The translations under genes were made by a program, and so were the position numbers. Shown here one piece after another: positions 9,210 through 19,706 of a stretch of 64,000 nt of DNA. Origin of the DNA: an uncultured Acidobacteriota bacterium. GTDB taxonomy: Bacteria; Acidobacteriota; Thermoanaerobaculia; Gp7-AA8. The stretch lies in contig CAVUKB010000001.1 of the NCBI GenBank assembly GCA_963741955.1, forward strand, positions 128,001-192,000. The letters run 5' to 3'. The notes under the pieces were generated by a model, which saw only the letters and a list, made by a program, of their open reading frames with translations, did no database searches and was not told the origin of the DNA. How positions within the stretch are numbered: the first letter of the stretch is position 1; the number at the start of each line of letters is the position of its first letter.

Positions 9210-10054
9210 TCAATACGTGTTGAGCGCGAAAATTGCGAACGGTTGACTCGCATCCGTGAGATATCCGGGCAGCCAGGGGCGAGAAGCCCCAAGGTCCTTC
9301 GAATGGACGTACACCGTGAAAGATGACCCTGAGTATGGCGGAACGACGACGAGTTCGACGTTGTTCGTGCTCTCAGGCGATGGCATGATGCATGTTGCGT
9401 AGCTCTGCTCTGTAGAGGGGTTGATGTAATTACCCCAATAGGTCGCGCAGTTGCCGAAGTATACCTCAAGATCGAGATCTCTGGTGAGGAGCGGGCTTGC
9501 ATTCCCGGGTGCGGACGCGAAGTCGGACCACGCGAGCACGATTACCGTCCGTTTTGATTGATCGGCCACCGTGAACGTCCGGGACCGCTGTTGGCCTGAA
9601 TCCGTGAAGTTAGCGAGGGTTCCTTCGTCCAGGTAGGTTTTTGTCCAAGCGTTGGTCGAGGAGGTAGCCAAGGTAGAGACGTCCGAATCCCTGACCCGTG
9701 GTGATGTCAGGAATTCCGTTGACGGTGCCAGCGGTGTATTGATCCTTCCCGCCCTTGAGCGAATATGCACCACCAACGAGCGCGGCTTTCATCATGGCAG
9801 CCGAGAACCGATTCGTCGTTGTTCGGCCTTGTTTCGCGTTGATGAGAGCTATCGCGGCGGCGGCTTGTGGAGACGCGAAGCTCGTTCCTGAAGACAGCTG
9901 GTAATCAGCGTCGGTCGTCGTGCCGTACCCTGTGCTGCAAAAGTACGTTGAATAGCTGTGTTTCATGCGAGCGACCGTAACCAGTGTGGATGGCGCGACG
10001 AGTTCCGGTTTGATTCTGCCGTCCCCTGCAGCAACGCCGCGGCGACTCACGAGA
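9210..10054 (-). pseudogene. Subtilisin-like S8 peptidase, 3' fragment with a frameshift
   Basis: DGRIKPELVAP, SGTSFASP (catalytic Ser), AAMMKAALV, GQGFGRL in one frame; IVLAWSD, DLDLEV, NNVE in another (shift near 9655); 5' part replaced by MITE B. Confidence 0.85.
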
Positions 10055-10203
10055 CTCCGACGGGCGCCACGGCTCCCGCCGTGGCCGCGCAGATCGCCTT
10101 CAGAACGGCAACGAGACGACACCTGCGGCAGATGCGCAGTAGCTCCGCGCATCTGCTCTGTGAACACCCACAGTGCCCCTTAAGTTCAGGCCATTGGGGC
10201 TAG
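10055..10203 (-). mobile_element. MITE family B, partial copy (one end only)
   Basis: Reverse complement CTAGCCCCAATGGCCTGAACTTAAGGGGCACTGTGGGTGTTCACAGAGCAGATGCGCGG... matches 31714-31861. Confidence 0.85.
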
Positions 10204-10247
10204 GCGTGGGCCCGGCGTTGACGCGTGCCGTACGCCTCCAACGTCGC

Positions 10248-10549
10248 CCTGATCCATTCGAGCGTCATCACGTGCGACAGCGTCGCCTCCCACACCGCCT
10301 GCATCTGCTCGCCCTTGAAGAGAGCGCGATCGAAGTGTCACTGGGTCAGTGGATTATGAGAGAGAACCGACAGGCGAAGGCCTGACCCCCCCGTCGATCC
10401 TGATCCATTCGAGCGTCATCACGTGCGACAGCGTCGCCTCCCACACCGCCTGCATCTGCTCGCCCTTGAAGAGAGCGCGACCGAAGTGTCACTGGGTCAG
10501 TGGATTATGAGAGAGAACCGACAGGCGACGGCCTGACCCCCCCGTCGAT
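10248..10549 (+). repeat. Direct tandem duplication, 2 x 151 bp
   Basis: CCTGATCCATTCGAGCGTCATC... starts at 10248 and 10399; about two substitutions between copies. Confidence 0.9.
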
Positions 10550-10685
10550 CGTCCAGTACGGGTTCGTTCGTGGTCTCGAGCCGGTCACCTACGTCGAGGT
10601 GATTCTCGAACGCTTCGAGCATTACCGGCAATTCGTGCACGAGAACCCGGACCGAGCGGGATGATGTGGCTCTGGCGTGCATGGT

Positions 10686-10787
10686 CCCCGGGTTCTGGCG
10701 CGGAGCGCCTTCACCCGGGCAATTGTCAATCGCGCCTACGGCGCCTGGAGTCGCGCGAGTGTGGGTGGAGGTCGCTTCGTGGGGACG
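10686..10787 (+). repeat. Dispersed repeat family D, copy 4
   Basis: CCCCGGGTTCTGGCGCGGAGCGCCTTCACCCGGGCAATTGTCAATCGCGCCTACGGCGCCTGG. Confidence 0.8.
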
Positions 10788-10833
10788 ATTCACCGAAGTC
10801 CTGGAGTACGGAGGTCGAGACCTCGGCCGCTCA

Positions 10834-11475
10834 TCACTCTCCCACGTCGATGGTCATCCCTCGCGCCGGAGGAGGCGGCACCTTGTGCGGGATGAATCCG
10901 AGCAGGAGACCGGCGGCGAAGCCGCCGAGGTGTCCGGTGTTGTCGATCCCCGGGATGGTGAAACCGAGGAAGACGTTCAGGAGGGCCCAGAAGATGAGCT
11001 GATGGGTGAGGCTGCGAGCCCACGGCTGGTGACGCCACACCGGCGAGCGGCGGATGGCGATGATCAGCGCGCCGAGGATTCCGAAGATCGCGCCGCTCGC
11101 GCCGGCGGAGAGGATCTGGCGGTGATGGATCAGAGCCCAGTACGAGCTCGCGGATGAGGCGACGAGGCCACTGACGAAGTACGTGAGAAGAAAGCGGGCC
11201 TTGCCGAACATCAGCTCGAACGCGGCGCCGAGCTGATAGAGAGCCCAGAGATTGAGCGCAATGTGCAGAAGCCCGATATGGAGAAACATCGCGGCGAGAA
11301 GACGCCAGTACTGCCCGTTGACGAAGATCCCGGCGGTGACTGCACCGAGATCGTAGAGGACCGGCATGCTCTCCTGGCCGACGTTCCAGGCCCGCATCCC
11401 GCTCGTGATCTCGATCACGAACACGAAGATGATCAGTCCGACGATGGCCATGGTGGCCGGAACTCTTCTGTACAT
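10834..11475 (-). CDS. Rhomboid intramembrane serine protease
   Basis: YWRLLAAMFLHIGLLHIALN, GASGAIFG, HLGGFAAG; ATG overlaps the SDR stop (TGATG). Confidence 0.95.
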   Translation of the reverse strand: MYRRVPATMAIVGLIIFVFVIEITSGMRAWNVGQESMPVLYDLGAVTAGIFVNGQYWRLLAAMFLHIGLLHIALNLWALYQLGAAFELMFGKARFLLTYFVSGLVASSASSYWALIHHRQILSAGASGAIFGILGALIIAIRRSPVWRHQPWARSLTHQLIFWALLNVFLGFTIPGIDNTGHLGGFAAGLLLGFIPHKVPPPPARGMTIDVGE

Positions 11476-12278
11476 CAGGGCTTCTTCCTTTCGAGTAACG
11501 CGGAGGTCACGCGCATGAGGAAGTGTGCGGCGCGGGGAAAGAATTCCTTCAGTCGCATGAAGATGGCGGCTTCCGCCGGAAGGATGATCCGGTATGACCC
11601 TCCCTCTATCGCGCGGCGGATCGCGCGCGCGACGTCCTCCGGCGAGAGAGGGCGGAGAAGTCGGGATGCGGCGGGGATCGCGGCGCGGTCGGCCGATTGG
11701 AAGAATTCGCCCCCTTCCGTGACGCCGGGACAGATCATCGACACGCGGATCCCGTCGCGCAGCACCTCGTCGCGAAGTGACTCGGTGAATCCGATCAGGG
11801 CGGCCTTCGTCGCGCCGTACCCTCCCATCCCGGCCACGCCCATGATCCCCGCGATCGAAGAAACGTTGACGATCGCGCCGCACCGCTGCGATTTCATGAT
11901 CGGGAGAACCGCGAGGGTGGTGTTCACCGCGCCGAAGTAGTTCGTCTGCATCATCCGCTCGAGCTCGGAAAATGGAGTCGAGTCGATTCTGCCGAGGATT
12001 CCGAATCCGGCGTTGTTCACCAGGATGTGGATCGAACCGAATCGCTCCACCGCGGCTGTGGCCAGGAGGCGGGCCGCTTCGGGATCGGCGACGTCGGTCG
12101 GCACCACGATGCATTCGGTTCCCCGGGCGCGGCACTCCGCGGCGACATTTTCGAGACGCTCGGCGCGGCGTGCGGCGAGGACCAGACGGCACCCTGCGAC
12201 TGCGAGCTCCAGTGCGGTGGCCCGGCCGATCCCGCTGGAGGCCCCGGTAACGATCGCAGCTCGGTCGGGCAGCTTCAT
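11475..12278 (-). CDS. SDR family oxidoreductase
   Basis: [17 protein letters not shown]. Confidence 0.93.
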   Translation of the reverse strand: MKLPDRAAIVTGASSGIGRATALELAVAGCRLVLAARRAERLENVAAECRARGTECIVVPTDVADPEAARLLATAAVERFGSIHILVNNAGFGILGRIDSTPFSELERMMQTNYFGAVNTTLAVLPIMKSQRCGAIVNVSSIAGIMGVAGMGGYGATKAALIGFTESLRDEVLRDGIRVSMICPGVTEGGEFFQSADRAAIPAASRLLRPLSPEDVARAIRRAIEGGSYRIILPAEAAIFMRLKEFFPRAAHFLMRVTSALLERKKP

Positions 12279-12478
12279 TGCATCATCAGACTGCGCAGTA
12301 TCAGCGACAATGGGGGAGATTTCAACCCGCGGAAGGCGCGGAGACCGCCGGATCGCAACGGTTTTGTGGCGAAAAATCCGGCTCTTCCCGGACCTCCCGG
12401 AGAATGGGATATACTCCGGTCCGGGTGGCGTACCTCCGTTGTGAGCACGCCGTCTTGAACGAAAAAGGAGGCGCACGC

Positions 12479-13447
12479 ATGGCGTTCGAAGACGTCAAGA
12501 AAATCTGGATGAACGGCCGGTTCGTCGATTTCGAAGACGCGAAAATCCACGTCCTGAGCCACGTCGTGCATTACGGATCCGGCATTTTCGAAGGAGCGCG
12601 CTGCTACAACACGAGCCAGGGGCCGGCGATCTTCCGCCTTCCCGAGCACGTCCGCCGCCTCTTCGACGGCTGCAAGATCTACCGTATGCAGATTCCATTC
12701 TCGCCGGATGAGATCCGTCAGGCGTGCATCGATGCGATCGCGCTCAACGAGTTCGAAGACTGCTACATCCGTCCGATCGTCTACCGCGGGTTCGGCACTC
12801 TGGGCGTCCATCCCGGCAAGTGCCCGATCGACGTGACCATCGCAGTCTGGAAATGGGGAGCCTACCTCGGCGCCGAAGCTCTCGAGCAGGGCGTCGACGT
12901 GCGGGTCTCGTCGTGGAACCGAATGGCGCCGAACACGTTCCCCGCCATGGCCAAGTCGACGGCGAACTACATGAACTCGCAGCTGATCCGGATGGAAGCC
13001 GGGATCGACGGCTACTCGGAAGGAATCGCACTCGACGTTTACGGGTACGTCTCGGAAGGCTCGGGCGAGAACGTCTTCATCGTCCGCGACGGGAAGGTCA
13101 TCACCCCGCCGCTCGGCGCGTCGATCCTTCCCGGAATCACGCGGGACACCACCATCCGGCTCGCGCGCGATCTCGGATACGAGGTGGTCGAGCAGCTCAT
13201 CCCGCGGGAAGCGCTCTACATCGCCGACGAAGTCTTCTTCAGCGGGAGCGCCGCGGAGATCACCCCGATCCGCTCGGTGGATCGGATCAAGATCGGAGAC
13301 GGAGTTCGCGGACCGATCACCGAACGGATCCAGAAAGAGTATTTCGCCTATATCCGCGGGGAGACCGAGGATCGTCACAACTGGCTCACATTTGTGGAGC
13401 AGGAAAAATCGACCCGCAGAGAGAAGAAGGAAGCGGTCGCCCGGTAG
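12479..13447 (+). CDS. ilvE: Branched-chain amino acid aminotransferase
   Basis: [43 protein letters not shown]; AGGAGG RBS. Confidence 0.96.
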   Translation: MAFEDVKKIWMNGRFVDFEDAKIHVLSHVVHYGSGIFEGARCYNTSQGPAIFRLPEHVRRLFDGCKIYRMQIPFSPDEIRQACIDAIALNEFEDCYIRPIVYRGFGTLGVHPGKCPIDVTIAVWKWGAYLGAEALEQGVDVRVSSWNRMAPNTFPAMAKSTANYMNSQLIRMEAGIDGYSEGIALDVYGYVSEGSGENVFIVRDGKVITPPLGASILPGITRDTTIRLARDLGYEVVEQLIPREALYIADEVFFSGSAAEITPIRSVDRIKIGDGVRGPITERIQKEYFAYIRGETEDRHNWLTFVEQEKSTRREKKEAVAR

Positions 13448-13537
13448 CGGGTTCGCTTCCGTAACCTCCGGCTCCTTTGGGCCGTCCACTGAGCGAGCAT
13501 CCAGCCCGGACAGTCCGGGCCAGAGGGCTCGAGGTGA

Positions 13538-16198
13538 ATGTCATCCATTCGTGATTCCGAGAGTGGAAGCAGGCGGCGCGTCGACGTCCTTCCGGCGTCA
13601 CCGGCGGAGATCGTCACGGAAGAGAACGAGTCCGGTCCTCCCGGATTCTTCTCCCGGTGGCTCCGCCGGCTCATGCCACTGCTGGTCGTCGCGATCTTCT
13701 CGATCGCGCTGACCATCCTCTACGGCATCCTCCGCGACTACCATTACCAGCAGGTTCTCCACTACCTCCGCACTCTCCGTCTATCCGTGATCTTCGGTGC
13801 AGTGGCTCTCACTGCGCTCGGTTATTTCGTCATGACGCTGTACGACGTCCTGGCGATCGAGTACGTGGGCCGTGACGTGCCGTACCGGCGGATCGCTCTC
13901 GCTTCGTTCATCGGCTACGCGTTCAACAACAGCATGGGCTTCTCCGGAGTGATCGGCGGATCGCTCCGCTACCGGCTCTATTCGGCATGGCGGCTCTCTG
14001 CCGTCGACATCGCGAAGGTGATCGCGTTCGTCTCTGCGACCTTCTGGCTCGGATTCCTCACCCTCGCGGGAGCCTTCTTTCTCGCCGCGCCGCCCGTGCC
14101 TCCAGCGGCGGTGCATCTGCACGTGCATCCGCGACCGCTCGGCGTGCTGTTCGTGATTCCCGTTCTGGTCTACCTCGGGCTGACCCTCGCCGGACGCCGC
14201 TCGTTCCGTCTGCGGCAGTGGCGCTTTCCTCTTCCCCACGCTCCTCTGGCAATCGGCCAGATCGTCGTCTCGTCGGTCGACTGGCTGATCGCGGCAGCCG
14301 TCCTCTACGTTCTTCTTCCGAACGATCCGGACCTCAGCTTTCCGCACTTCATCGCGATCTTCCTTCTGGCGCAGATCGCAGGACTGCTCAGTAACCTGCC
14401 GGGTGGGATCGGCGTGTTCGAGCTGGTCATTCTGCTGTTTCTCTCTCCGGCGGTGCCTCCGGATCAGGTCCTGGGCGGGCTGCTCGCGTTCCGCGGCATC
14501 TACTATCTGGTCCCGCTCGGATCGGCGGTGCTGCTGCTGGCGACGCACGAAGTGCTCGAGAAGCGGCAGGGGGTGGCGAGGGTTGCGCGCCTCTTCGGCC
14601 GGTGGGCTCCCGGTGTCGTTCCTCACGTCTTTGCGTTCACTACGTTCGTGGCCGGAGCGATCCTGATTTTTTCCGGCTCCACTCCGTCGATCCGTTCGAG
14701 GCTCGCATGGCTGAATGATTTTCTCCCGCTCCCGGTGATGGAGATCTCGCACATGCTCGGGAGTGTCGCCGGCGTTCTGCTGCTGGTGCTCGCCCGCGGT
14801 CTTCAACGACGGCTCGACGCCGCCTGGGTGCTGACCGTGGCGCTCCTCGGCGGAGGGATCGTCGTCTCGCTGCTGAAAGGACTCGACTACGAGGAGGCGA
14901 TCTTCCTGGCGGTGATGCTGGTGGCGCTGGTTCCGAGCCGCGGCCACTTCTACCGGCAGGCCTCGCTCTTCACGCAGCGGTTCGCGCCCGGGTGGCTGGC
15001 TGCCATCGCGGTGGTCCTGATCGGATCGATGTGGCTCGGGTTCTTCTCTTACAAGCACGTCGAGTACTCGAACGAGCTCTGGTGGCGATTCAGCATGCAC
15101 GCGGAGGCGCCACGATTCCTCCGGGGGACCGTGGCCGGGATCGCGGTCCTGTTCTTCATCGCCGGAGCGAGACTCCTTCGTCCCGTGGCCCGGCGCCGTG
15201 AGCCACTACCCCAACCCGATTCCGCCCGGTTGGCGGAGGTGATCGCCGGATCGAAGTCGACCGCTGCGAACCTCGCGCTGCTCGGCGACAAGTCTTTCCT
15301 CTTCAGTGAGAGTGGTGAGAGTTTCATCATGTTCGGTGTCGAGGGGCGCAGCTGGATCTCGATGGGAGACCCGGTCGGACCGGACGAGGAGAAGGCGGAT
15401 CTCGTCTGGCGTTTTCGCGAGCTCTCGGACCGGCACGGCGGATGGACCGTCTTCTACGAAGTTCACCGCGAGTGGCTGCCGCTCTACGTCGATCTCGGGC
15501 TGGCGCTGCTCAAGCTCGGAGAGGAAGCGATCGTTTCGCTCGACACGTTCACTCTCGACGGCGGGGAGAGGAAGGGCCTGCGCAAGACGATCCGGAAGAC
15601 GGAAGCGGACGGTGCGACATTCGAGATCGTGGCTCCCGAGAGCTTCCCCGAGATTGCCGGAGCGGTGCGGGAAGTGTCCGATGGCTGGATGAAGGAGAGA
15701 CACGTGCGGGAGAAGGGGTTCTCACTCGGGCGTTTCGACGAGAACTATCTCTCCGGGTTCCCGCTGGCCCTGGTTCGCCGGGAGGGACGGATCGTCGCGT
15801 TCTCGAATCTCTGGACCACCGCGACTCGGGAAGAGCTTTCCATCGACCTGATGCGTCATACGGAAGACGCGCCTGCAGGGGTAATGGACTTTCTCTTCGT
15901 CAACCTGATGCTGTGGGGGAAATCGGAAGGCTACCGCCGGTTCAACCTCGGTGTGGCTCCGCTCTCGGGGCTGGAGAACCGTGCGCTCGGTCCGCTGTGG
16001 AATCGGATCGGAGCGCTCGCGTTCCATCACGGCGAGAACTTCTACAACTTTCAAGGGTTGCGTCAGTACAAGGAAAAATTCGATCCGGTCTGGTCTCCGG
16101 TCTATCTCGCATCGCCGGGAGGATTCGTCCTTCCTCGGGTGTTGACCAATATCGCTTCGCTGATCTCCGGTGGATTGAGGGGAGTGGTCGCAAAATGA
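13538..16198 (+). CDS. mprF: Bifunctional aminoacyl-phosphatidylglycerol flippase/synthetase
   Basis: Multi-TM N-terminus (PGGIGVFE, RYRLYS); C-terminal synthetase GDPVG, KLGEEA, EKGFSLG, DLMRH, YNFQGLRQYKEKF. Confidence 0.95.
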   Translation: MSSIRDSESGSRRRVDVLPASPAEIVTEENESGPPGFFSRWLRRLMPLLVVAIFSIALTILYGILRDYHYQQVLHYLRTLRLSVIFGAVALTALGYFVMTLYDVLAIEYVGRDVPYRRIALASFIGYAFNNSMGFSGVIGGSLRYRLYSAWRLSAVDIAKVIAFVSATFWLGFLTLAGAFFLAAPPVPPAAVHLHVHPRPLGVLFVIPVLVYLGLTLAGRRSFRLRQWRFPLPHAPLAIGQIVVSSVDWLIAAAVLYVLLPNDPDLSFPHFIAIFLLAQIAGLLSNLPGGIGVFELVILLFLSPAVPPDQVLGGLLAFRGIYYLVPLGSAVLLLATHEVLEKRQGVARVARLFGRWAPGVVPHVFAFTTFVAGAILIFSGSTPSIRSRLAWLNDFLPLPVMEISHMLGSVAGVLLLVLARGLQRRLDAAWVLTVALLGGGIVVSLLKGLDYEEAIFLAVMLVALVPSRGHFYRQASLFTQRFAPGWLAAIAVVLIGSMWLGFFSYKHVEYSNELWWRFSMHAEAPRFLRGTVAGIAVLFFIAGARLLRPVARRREPLPQPDSARLAEVIAGSKSTAANLALLGDKSFLFSESGESFIMFGVEGRSWISMGDPVGPDEEKADLVWRFRELSDRHGGWTVFYEVHREWLPLYVDLGLALLKLGEEAIVSLDTFTLDGGERKGLRKTIRKTEADGATFEIVAPESFPEIAGAVREVSDGWMKERHVREKGFSLGRFDENYLSGFPLALVRREGRIVAFSNLWTTATREELSIDLMRHTEDAPAGVMDFLFVNLMLWGKSEGYRRFNLGVAPLSGLENRALGPLWNRIGALAFHHGENFYNFQGLRQYKEKFDPVWSPVYLASPGGFVLPRVLTNIASLISGGLRGVVAK

Positions 16199-17706
16199 AA
16201 CGCAGATCGAATGAAGGGATTCAGGATTCAGAGGAAAGAAGGAAGGGGAGATTCGGATCCCTCGCGACGATCTCGATCGCAGCGGCCCTGCTCATTTCGG
16301 TCGCGGCATCGTCGTTCGCACGAACGTCTTCGCGCGAGTCGACCGTCGAATTCGGTCGTTTCGGAACGGTGCACTTGTACGCTCCACCGCATCCGGCCTC
16401 GCGACTGGTGGTCTTCGTCTCCGGTGACGGCGGGTGGAACAAAGGGGTGGTGGACATGGCGCGCGAGCTCTCCACGATGGGCGTGATCGTCGCCGGCGTC
16501 GACATCCGGTCGTATCTTCGGAACCTCGAGAGCGTGCCGGGAACGTGCTCCTATCCGGCCGCCGATTACGAAGGGTTGAGCCAGTTCCTCCAGAAGAGGC
16601 TCGGGTTCGATCGGTACGAGCCGCCGGTTCTGGCCGGCTACTCTTCCGGAGCCACGCTGGTCTACGCGCTGCTCGCCGAGGCACCTCCGAACACGTTCAA
16701 GGGCGCGATGAGTCTCGGGTTCTGTCCGGATCTGCCGTTGAAGAAGCCGTTCTGCCGGGGCAACGGACTCGAATGGAGACCTGGCCCCAAAGGGAAAGGA
16801 GTGATCTTCGAGCCGGCGAAGGATCTCCGGCAGCCGTGGATCGCGTTCGACGGAGAGATCGATCAGGTGTGCGACGCGAAAGCCGCTCGGGCATACGTGG
16901 CGAACGTTCCGGGAGGGGAGATGGTCCTTCTTCCGAAGGTGGGACACGGGTTCTCGGTTCCGCGAAACTGGCTCGGACCGTTCAAGGCGGCCTACGGGAG
17001 AATCGCAGCGGCCCCGATGGAGCGGGATTTTTCGAGACCGTCCGCGTCGACGGTGAAACGCGAGACAGGAGCTGCAGCGGTCGTCGCCGCGCCTGCCGAC
17101 CTTCCCCTGATCGATGTCCCGCCCTCCCGTCCGGGCGCTGCGTGGGTCGCGGTGATTCTCTCCGGTGACGGTGGCTGGGCGGGAATCGACCGCTCGATCG
17201 GGAACTTCCTCGCCGCGAACGGCGTGCCGGTGGTCGGGCTCAATTCTCTCCAGTACTTCTGGCACCGGAAGACGCCCGAGACCGCAGCGCACGATCTCCA
17301 GAGACTCATCGAGTACGCGATGGTGCGTTGGAACGTTCCTGAGGTGGTGCTGATCGGGTATTCACGCGGGGCGGACGTTCTCCCCGCGATGGCGTCGCGT
17401 CTTCCGGAGCAGCTGCGGAGCCGGGTTCGGATGGTCGCGCTCCTCGGTCCGAGCCGGACCACTACGTTCGAGTTTCACCTCTCCGACTGGCTCTCCGACT
17501 CCGAGCGGGGATCTGCGGTCGCGCCGGAGGTGGAGAAGTTGCGGGGGACGAAGATCCTCTGTGTCTACGGTGCGGACGAGAAAGAGAGTCTCTGCAGAGA
17601 TCTTGCACCGGAGATCGCCACGCCGATGGAGATGGGTGGCGGACACCACTTCGACGGCGGCTATGAGGAGATTGCCAGAGCGATCATGAGAGACTCGGAA
17701 CGATGA
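16195..17706 (+). CDS. acvB: AcvB/VirJ-family lysyl-PG hydrolase, two-domain
   Basis: Two SGDGGW motifs, GYSSG and GYSRGAD, GGHHFDG; ATGA-coupled to mprF. Confidence 0.88.
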   Translation: MKRRSNEGIQDSEERRKGRFGSLATISIAAALLISVAASSFARTSSRESTVEFGRFGTVHLYAPPHPASRLVVFVSGDGGWNKGVVDMARELSTMGVIVAGVDIRSYLRNLESVPGTCSYPAADYEGLSQFLQKRLGFDRYEPPVLAGYSSGATLVYALLAEAPPNTFKGAMSLGFCPDLPLKKPFCRGNGLEWRPGPKGKGVIFEPAKDLRQPWIAFDGEIDQVCDAKAARAYVANVPGGEMVLLPKVGHGFSVPRNWLGPFKAAYGRIAAAPMERDFSRPSASTVKRETGAAAVVAAPADLPLIDVPPSRPGAAWVAVILSGDGGWAGIDRSIGNFLAANGVPVVGLNSLQYFWHRKTPETAAHDLQRLIEYAMVRWNVPEVVLIGYSRGADVLPAMASRLPEQLRSRVRMVALLGPSRTTTFEFHLSDWLSDSERGSAVAPEVEKLRGTKILCVYGADEKESLCRDLAPEIATPMEMGGGHHFDGGYEEIARAIMRDSER

Positions 17707-18431
17707 GGGAGAGGCAGCTTCCGATTCCGGACCTCGGATTACGGACGTGTCTGGCGGCATTGCTCCTCTTCTCCGCCTGTGCGGGATCAGGAACCGTCGC
17801 TCCGGCTCCGGCTCTCGATTCGCTGTCGGATCTTTCGCTGATCCGTTTCGCGCCGGAAAGCTCCGGGACCATGGCGATCATTCTCACCGGCGACGGCGGC
17901 TGGCGCCGCGTGGACGAGAAGATCGGCAAGCGACTGCGGGAACGGGGAGTCTCGCTCCTGGGGTGGAACATGCCTGCCTATCTCGGGCATCGGCGCACGC
18001 CGCACGAGGTGTCGGACGATCTCGCGCGGATCATGCGGCATTACCTCGAGCGGGGCGTGAGCCGGTTTCTTCTCATCGGCTATTCGCGTGGCGCGGACAC
18101 CCTCCCGTTCATGGCCAGCCGTCTTCCGGCGGATCTTTCCAGTCGTGTCGCCGTGATCGCACTTCTCGCCCCGAGCCACACCGCGGCGCTCGAGTATCAT
18201 TTTTTCGCCCGCCTCTACGGGTCGCGACCGCCGCAGTATCCGGTCCTCCCGGAGATCGAAGCGCTGAAAGGACAGCGGGTGCTCTGCATCGCCGGCGGAC
18301 GCGATCGCGATGCGATCTGCCGCTCCCTTCCGGAGTCGGTCGCGAAGGTCACCATCGTCGACGGATCGCATCACTTCGCAGGCGGGTACTACGCGATTGC
18401 CGATCAGATCCTCGCCGAAGCCTCGCGGTGA
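17703..18431 (+). CDS. Second AcvB/VirJ-family protein, single domain, probable lipoprotein
   Basis: TGDGGW, GYSRGAD, GSHHFAG; lipobox-like FSAC. Confidence 0.85.
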   Translation: MRERQLPIPDLGLRTCLAALLLFSACAGSGTVAPAPALDSLSDLSLIRFAPESSGTMAIILTGDGGWRRVDEKIGKRLRERGVSLLGWNMPAYLGHRRTPHEVSDDLARIMRHYLERGVSRFLLIGYSRGADTLPFMASRLPADLSSRVAVIALLAPSHTAALEYHFFARLYGSRPPQYPVLPEIEALKGQRVLCIAGGRDRDAICRSLPESVAKVTIVDGSHHFAGGYYAIADQILAEASR

Positions 18432-18442
18432 CGTCGACGCGG

Positions 18443-19705
18443 TCATCCGCGTCCGAGGAGTTTTCGCTTCCCGCTCGACGCGAGCGCTTTGCGTACTCGC
18501 ATCTCGTCCATCCAGTCGGGATGAGGCACGCGCGGGGAAGGGGCGCCGGCGACCATCTCCGGGAGGTGTCTTCGGAGTGCTGCGTCGGCGAGCAGATAGC
18601 CATGGTTTTCGAGAACCGCACATTCTCCTTCCGAAAACGCGTCGAGGTCGGTGCGGATCCTCGCGATGAGCGTCTCGGCGAGATCCTTCGAATATCCGCC
18701 GGGGAGATTTTCGTCGTAGCTGCTGGTCGCGCTCGCGATTCCCCAGTACGTCCCGTTGATGGTCCCGCTGATGAATGAAGAGATCAGCCATCGCTTTCGA
18801 AGTGCGAGCGCCTGCTTCTCGACGATCGCGGTGTAGCGTTTGATCCGCCAGATCAGGTTGCGATCGCCTTCGAACGTGAACGTGGCGCCGCCGTCGGAGA
18901 CGAGGACCGTCCGGTGGTCCTTCCAGACCGGCTCCAGTCCCATGTTGTCGTAGTTCCCGCCGTCGGTGAGCCGCAGATCGCGGATGCAGTCGTCGCGCTC
19001 CGGGCCAGGCGGCTGATCGCCTCCACTGAAGAGAGAAGGGGCGACCCGGACCGGCATCGGATTGAAAACCGGTGGGAAGCACGACGACGCCGCCACGGCG
19101 CGTCCGACCGACCAATCCTCGGGGGGAGGCGTGACGTAGCCGCTCTTGTAGTCGCCCATCCGGCGTTTCTCGAAGATCCAGTTCACTCCGAACGCCATGT
19201 CCGTTGCGCAGAAGACGAAATTCGGCTGGTCCGGAAGCTCCCACGGGGTCAGAGGGGTCAGGTCTTTCTTGTACTTATCGGCGAGATGGAAGACTGCACT
19301 GTGACTTCGAAACCAGTTCCACGGCGCAAGCCGGGAGAGGATCGGACCGGTGCGGATGTCGTGAGCGACGAACCGGCGGAACGGCTGCGCGACGCGCTCA
19401 TCCCAGTCTGCGACCGGCTCGAGCAGCGGCCAGCCGATCCGGGTGGCGAGATGAGCCGAGAGGATGGAGCCGCCCGACACGGCGGAGACGGTCCGGATCC
19501 GGGCGAGCACTCCCGATTCGTTCAGACGGCGGAGCGCGCCGAGGTGAAATAGCGCGGCGCGAAAACCACCGCCGGAGAGGCAGAGGCCGATGCCGATCCG
19601 CTTCGATCCCGGTTCCGGCTCGTACTCCGCGAGCGCGTGCGGAGTCGCACCCGTGCGTGCGGAAACGCTCCCCGTTCGGACCGGCTCGCTCGTGATCGTG
19701 GTCAC
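18443..19705 (-). CDS. Patatin-like phospholipase
   Basis: LSGGGFRA, AVSGGS, ASSCFP, DGG; start uncertain (GTG at 19705). Confidence 0.88.
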   Translation of the reverse strand: MTTITSEPVRTGSVSARTGATPHALAEYEPEPGSKRIGIGLCLSGGGFRAALFHLGALRRLNESGVLARIRTVSAVSGGSILSAHLATRIGWPLLEPVADWDERVAQPFRRFVAHDIRTGPILSRLAPWNWFRSHSAVFHLADKYKKDLTPLTPWELPDQPNFVFCATDMAFGVNWIFEKRRMGDYKSGYVTPPPEDWSVGRAVAASSCFPPVFNPMPVRVAPSLFSGGDQPPGPERDDCIRDLRLTDGGNYDNMGLEPVWKDHRTVLVSDGGATFTFEGDRNLIWRIKRYTAIVEKQALALRKRWLISSFISGTINGTYWGIASATSSYDENLPGGYSKDLAETLIARIRTDLDAFSEGECAVLENHGYLLADAALRRHLPEMVAGAPSPRVPHPDWMDEMRVRKALASSGKRKLLGRG

Positions 19706-19706
19706 G

